Both the position numbers and the translations under genes were made by a program. Of a stretch of 64,000 nt of DNA, positions 62,465-64,000 are shown one piece after another. The stretch's first letter is position 1. Each line of letters starts with the position of its first letter. The notes under the pieces were generated by a model. The model was not told the DNA's origin. It did no database searches and saw nothing but the letters and a program-made list of their open reading frames with translations. Origin of the DNA: Entomortierella parvispora E1425 (taxonomy: Eukaryota; Fungi; Mortierellomycota); NCBI GenBank assembly GCA_020891255.1, contig BQFW01000004.1, forward strand, positions 2,542,001 through 2,606,000, in the 5' to 3' direction.

Positions 62465-64000
62465 TTATGGAGTGCTTGCACGAGGCTGGTCCCAAGGACG
62501 AGTAATGACTTGGAAGATGGCCTTGTCAAAGGCAGGTGGGTTGTCAAGATACAGGTGATGGCCTGCATTTGGAATCCTCATCAAGACGGTAGGCACGGTC
62601 ATGGACTTTCTAGCCTTCTCAGCTGCTCTGAAGTCCATCCAATCGCTCTCGCCATCTACGAAGGAACAGGAAAAGAAAATGAAGATGAGTCTTTGAAATC
62701 TTTGTAATATGCAGGAGGTATATATCCATAAGACAAAAAACAAACTTACAAAGGAAAACAGTGGGCATGGTCAGAACCTTGAGTCTGTCCATCAATGGCC
62801 AGCGTGCATATGCACCAGGGGCCAAGATCGTGGCCAGAGCATACTCTCCACTTCCACTCTTGGAAGAAATGTGATAAATGTAGTTGTTCAAGTCCTAAAA
62901 AGGTAGAAAAGAACGAATACAAAGTCAGAATTGTCCTTCAAACATTCAGCATTTCAAGGATGAACGGCACAAGTATTTACCCTTTGTTCATCTTCTTCCA
63001 AATGAGCGAATCGGCGGGAGGTATAAGCTGCCACCAGAGAGGGTCCAAAGGGTCCTGTGAATCTCATGATAGACTGTGGCGTAATGTTGCGTTCCCAAGC
63101 TCCCATCGCCAGTCTCCGAACCCATGGTGAAGGTCCTGCCCTGGCAACTTCCTTTGGAGGGCTTGGTGGTGTCGCTGAACCAGAATCCTGCTGAGGAGGT
63201 TGAGGGAGAGGCGCCTTTTGAGCTTCTGGGTTCTCGGGAATACCAACTATGTAGCAGGAGAGAATTATTGTGGTTAGAAAGAAGGCCATATTAAAAAGAA
63301 AACCATTTGCACCAAAAGTAATCAAAGCACAAAGTCAGCACTTGCCTGGACTGACGAGGATCAGTTTTTCGACCCTCTCTGGGTACTTGAGTGCGTACGC
63401 GACTGAGAGATAGCCTCCGAGAGAGTGACCGACCAAGACCATCTTGTCAATCTTTTGAATCTCTCGCCATTCTTCCAGTCCATCGATGAAAAAGTCTTCT
63501 GAATCCTTGACAACCTGCTGGACGGATGACTTTTGAGTATGCTTAAACTTGAAATCCGGTCTAGAGCTTCCTCCCATGCCGAGCCAGTCCAATGCATAGA
63601 TCTTGGAGTTGGGGATCTGACTCAAACTGTGAAAGTTTCTGTAAAAAAAGGCCATGCCGGCACCGTAGCCGTGACAGACCACAATGGCCCGCTCGCCTGG
63701 GGCAGGTGGGGAGACGACAGAGTTGTCATGATTGTCCATGGTGGATTTGATGTCTAGTTTCGTCTGAGCGATAGGCGTTCTTCCTTGATCATCCGTTTCC
63801 TTGTCCTTTTGTTCCACAGCGGCCTCCGACATGTCCACGGCAGAGCCAAAGGGGCCAGTGTTTTGTTGTTTGATGACCAAAGTGTTGATGAATCGGTTCT
63901 TGCCAGAGAGTTCGACGAGACCCACACGAGCTACGGTCGTGTTCTCGGAGGCATCGGTGCTGGAGACACCCTTGAAGGAGAAGAACTGGAGACGAGAGAG
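62465..64000 (-). CDS. Alpha/beta hydrolase of the ABHD4/5-Ict1-Cld1 family (cardiolipin deacylase-like); 5' end outside the window
   Basis: VVCHGYGAG, ALDWLGMG, nucleophile motif VGHSLGGYL and the C-terminal HX4D motif HHLYLD. Confidence 0.88.

Overview
Intron-rich, gene-dense eukaryotic DNA of about 50% GC, with many poly(A/T) tracts and microsatellites. It is most likely a Mortierellaceae-type early-diverging fungus; this is inferred from gene content, the Crinkler-type family and intron style. I rebuilt about 19 spliced genes by hand, mostly housekeeping: AidB/ACAD11-like acyl-CoA dehydrogenase, RING/TRAF-zinc-finger protein, Pcl/Clg1-type cyclin, SmE, RPP1, Mix17/CHCHD2, DUF229 protein, mitoferrin, eIF3f, uL2/RPL2, carboxypeptidase Q, syntaxin, a CaMKK-type kinase and an ABHD4/5/Cld1-like hydrolase. 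Accessory genes are a small Cys-rich secreted protein, a Crinkler-like protein and an AIG1-type GTPase ending in a CaaX box. The standout is a 5-exon gene at 42469-46854, which the ORF track splits into four pieces. It splices cleanly into one 1348-aa protein with an apparently intact XPG/FEN1-type 5' nuclease at the N-terminus and a Fanzor/TnpB-type RuvC plus Zn-ribbon module at the C-terminus (D, rearranged E and D all present). This is a candidate natural fusion of an RNA-guided nuclease with a flap/5'-3' exonuclease, with no transposase nearby. No tRNA, rRNA or CRISPR array was recognised. All family assignments come from motif recognition by eye; no database search was run.
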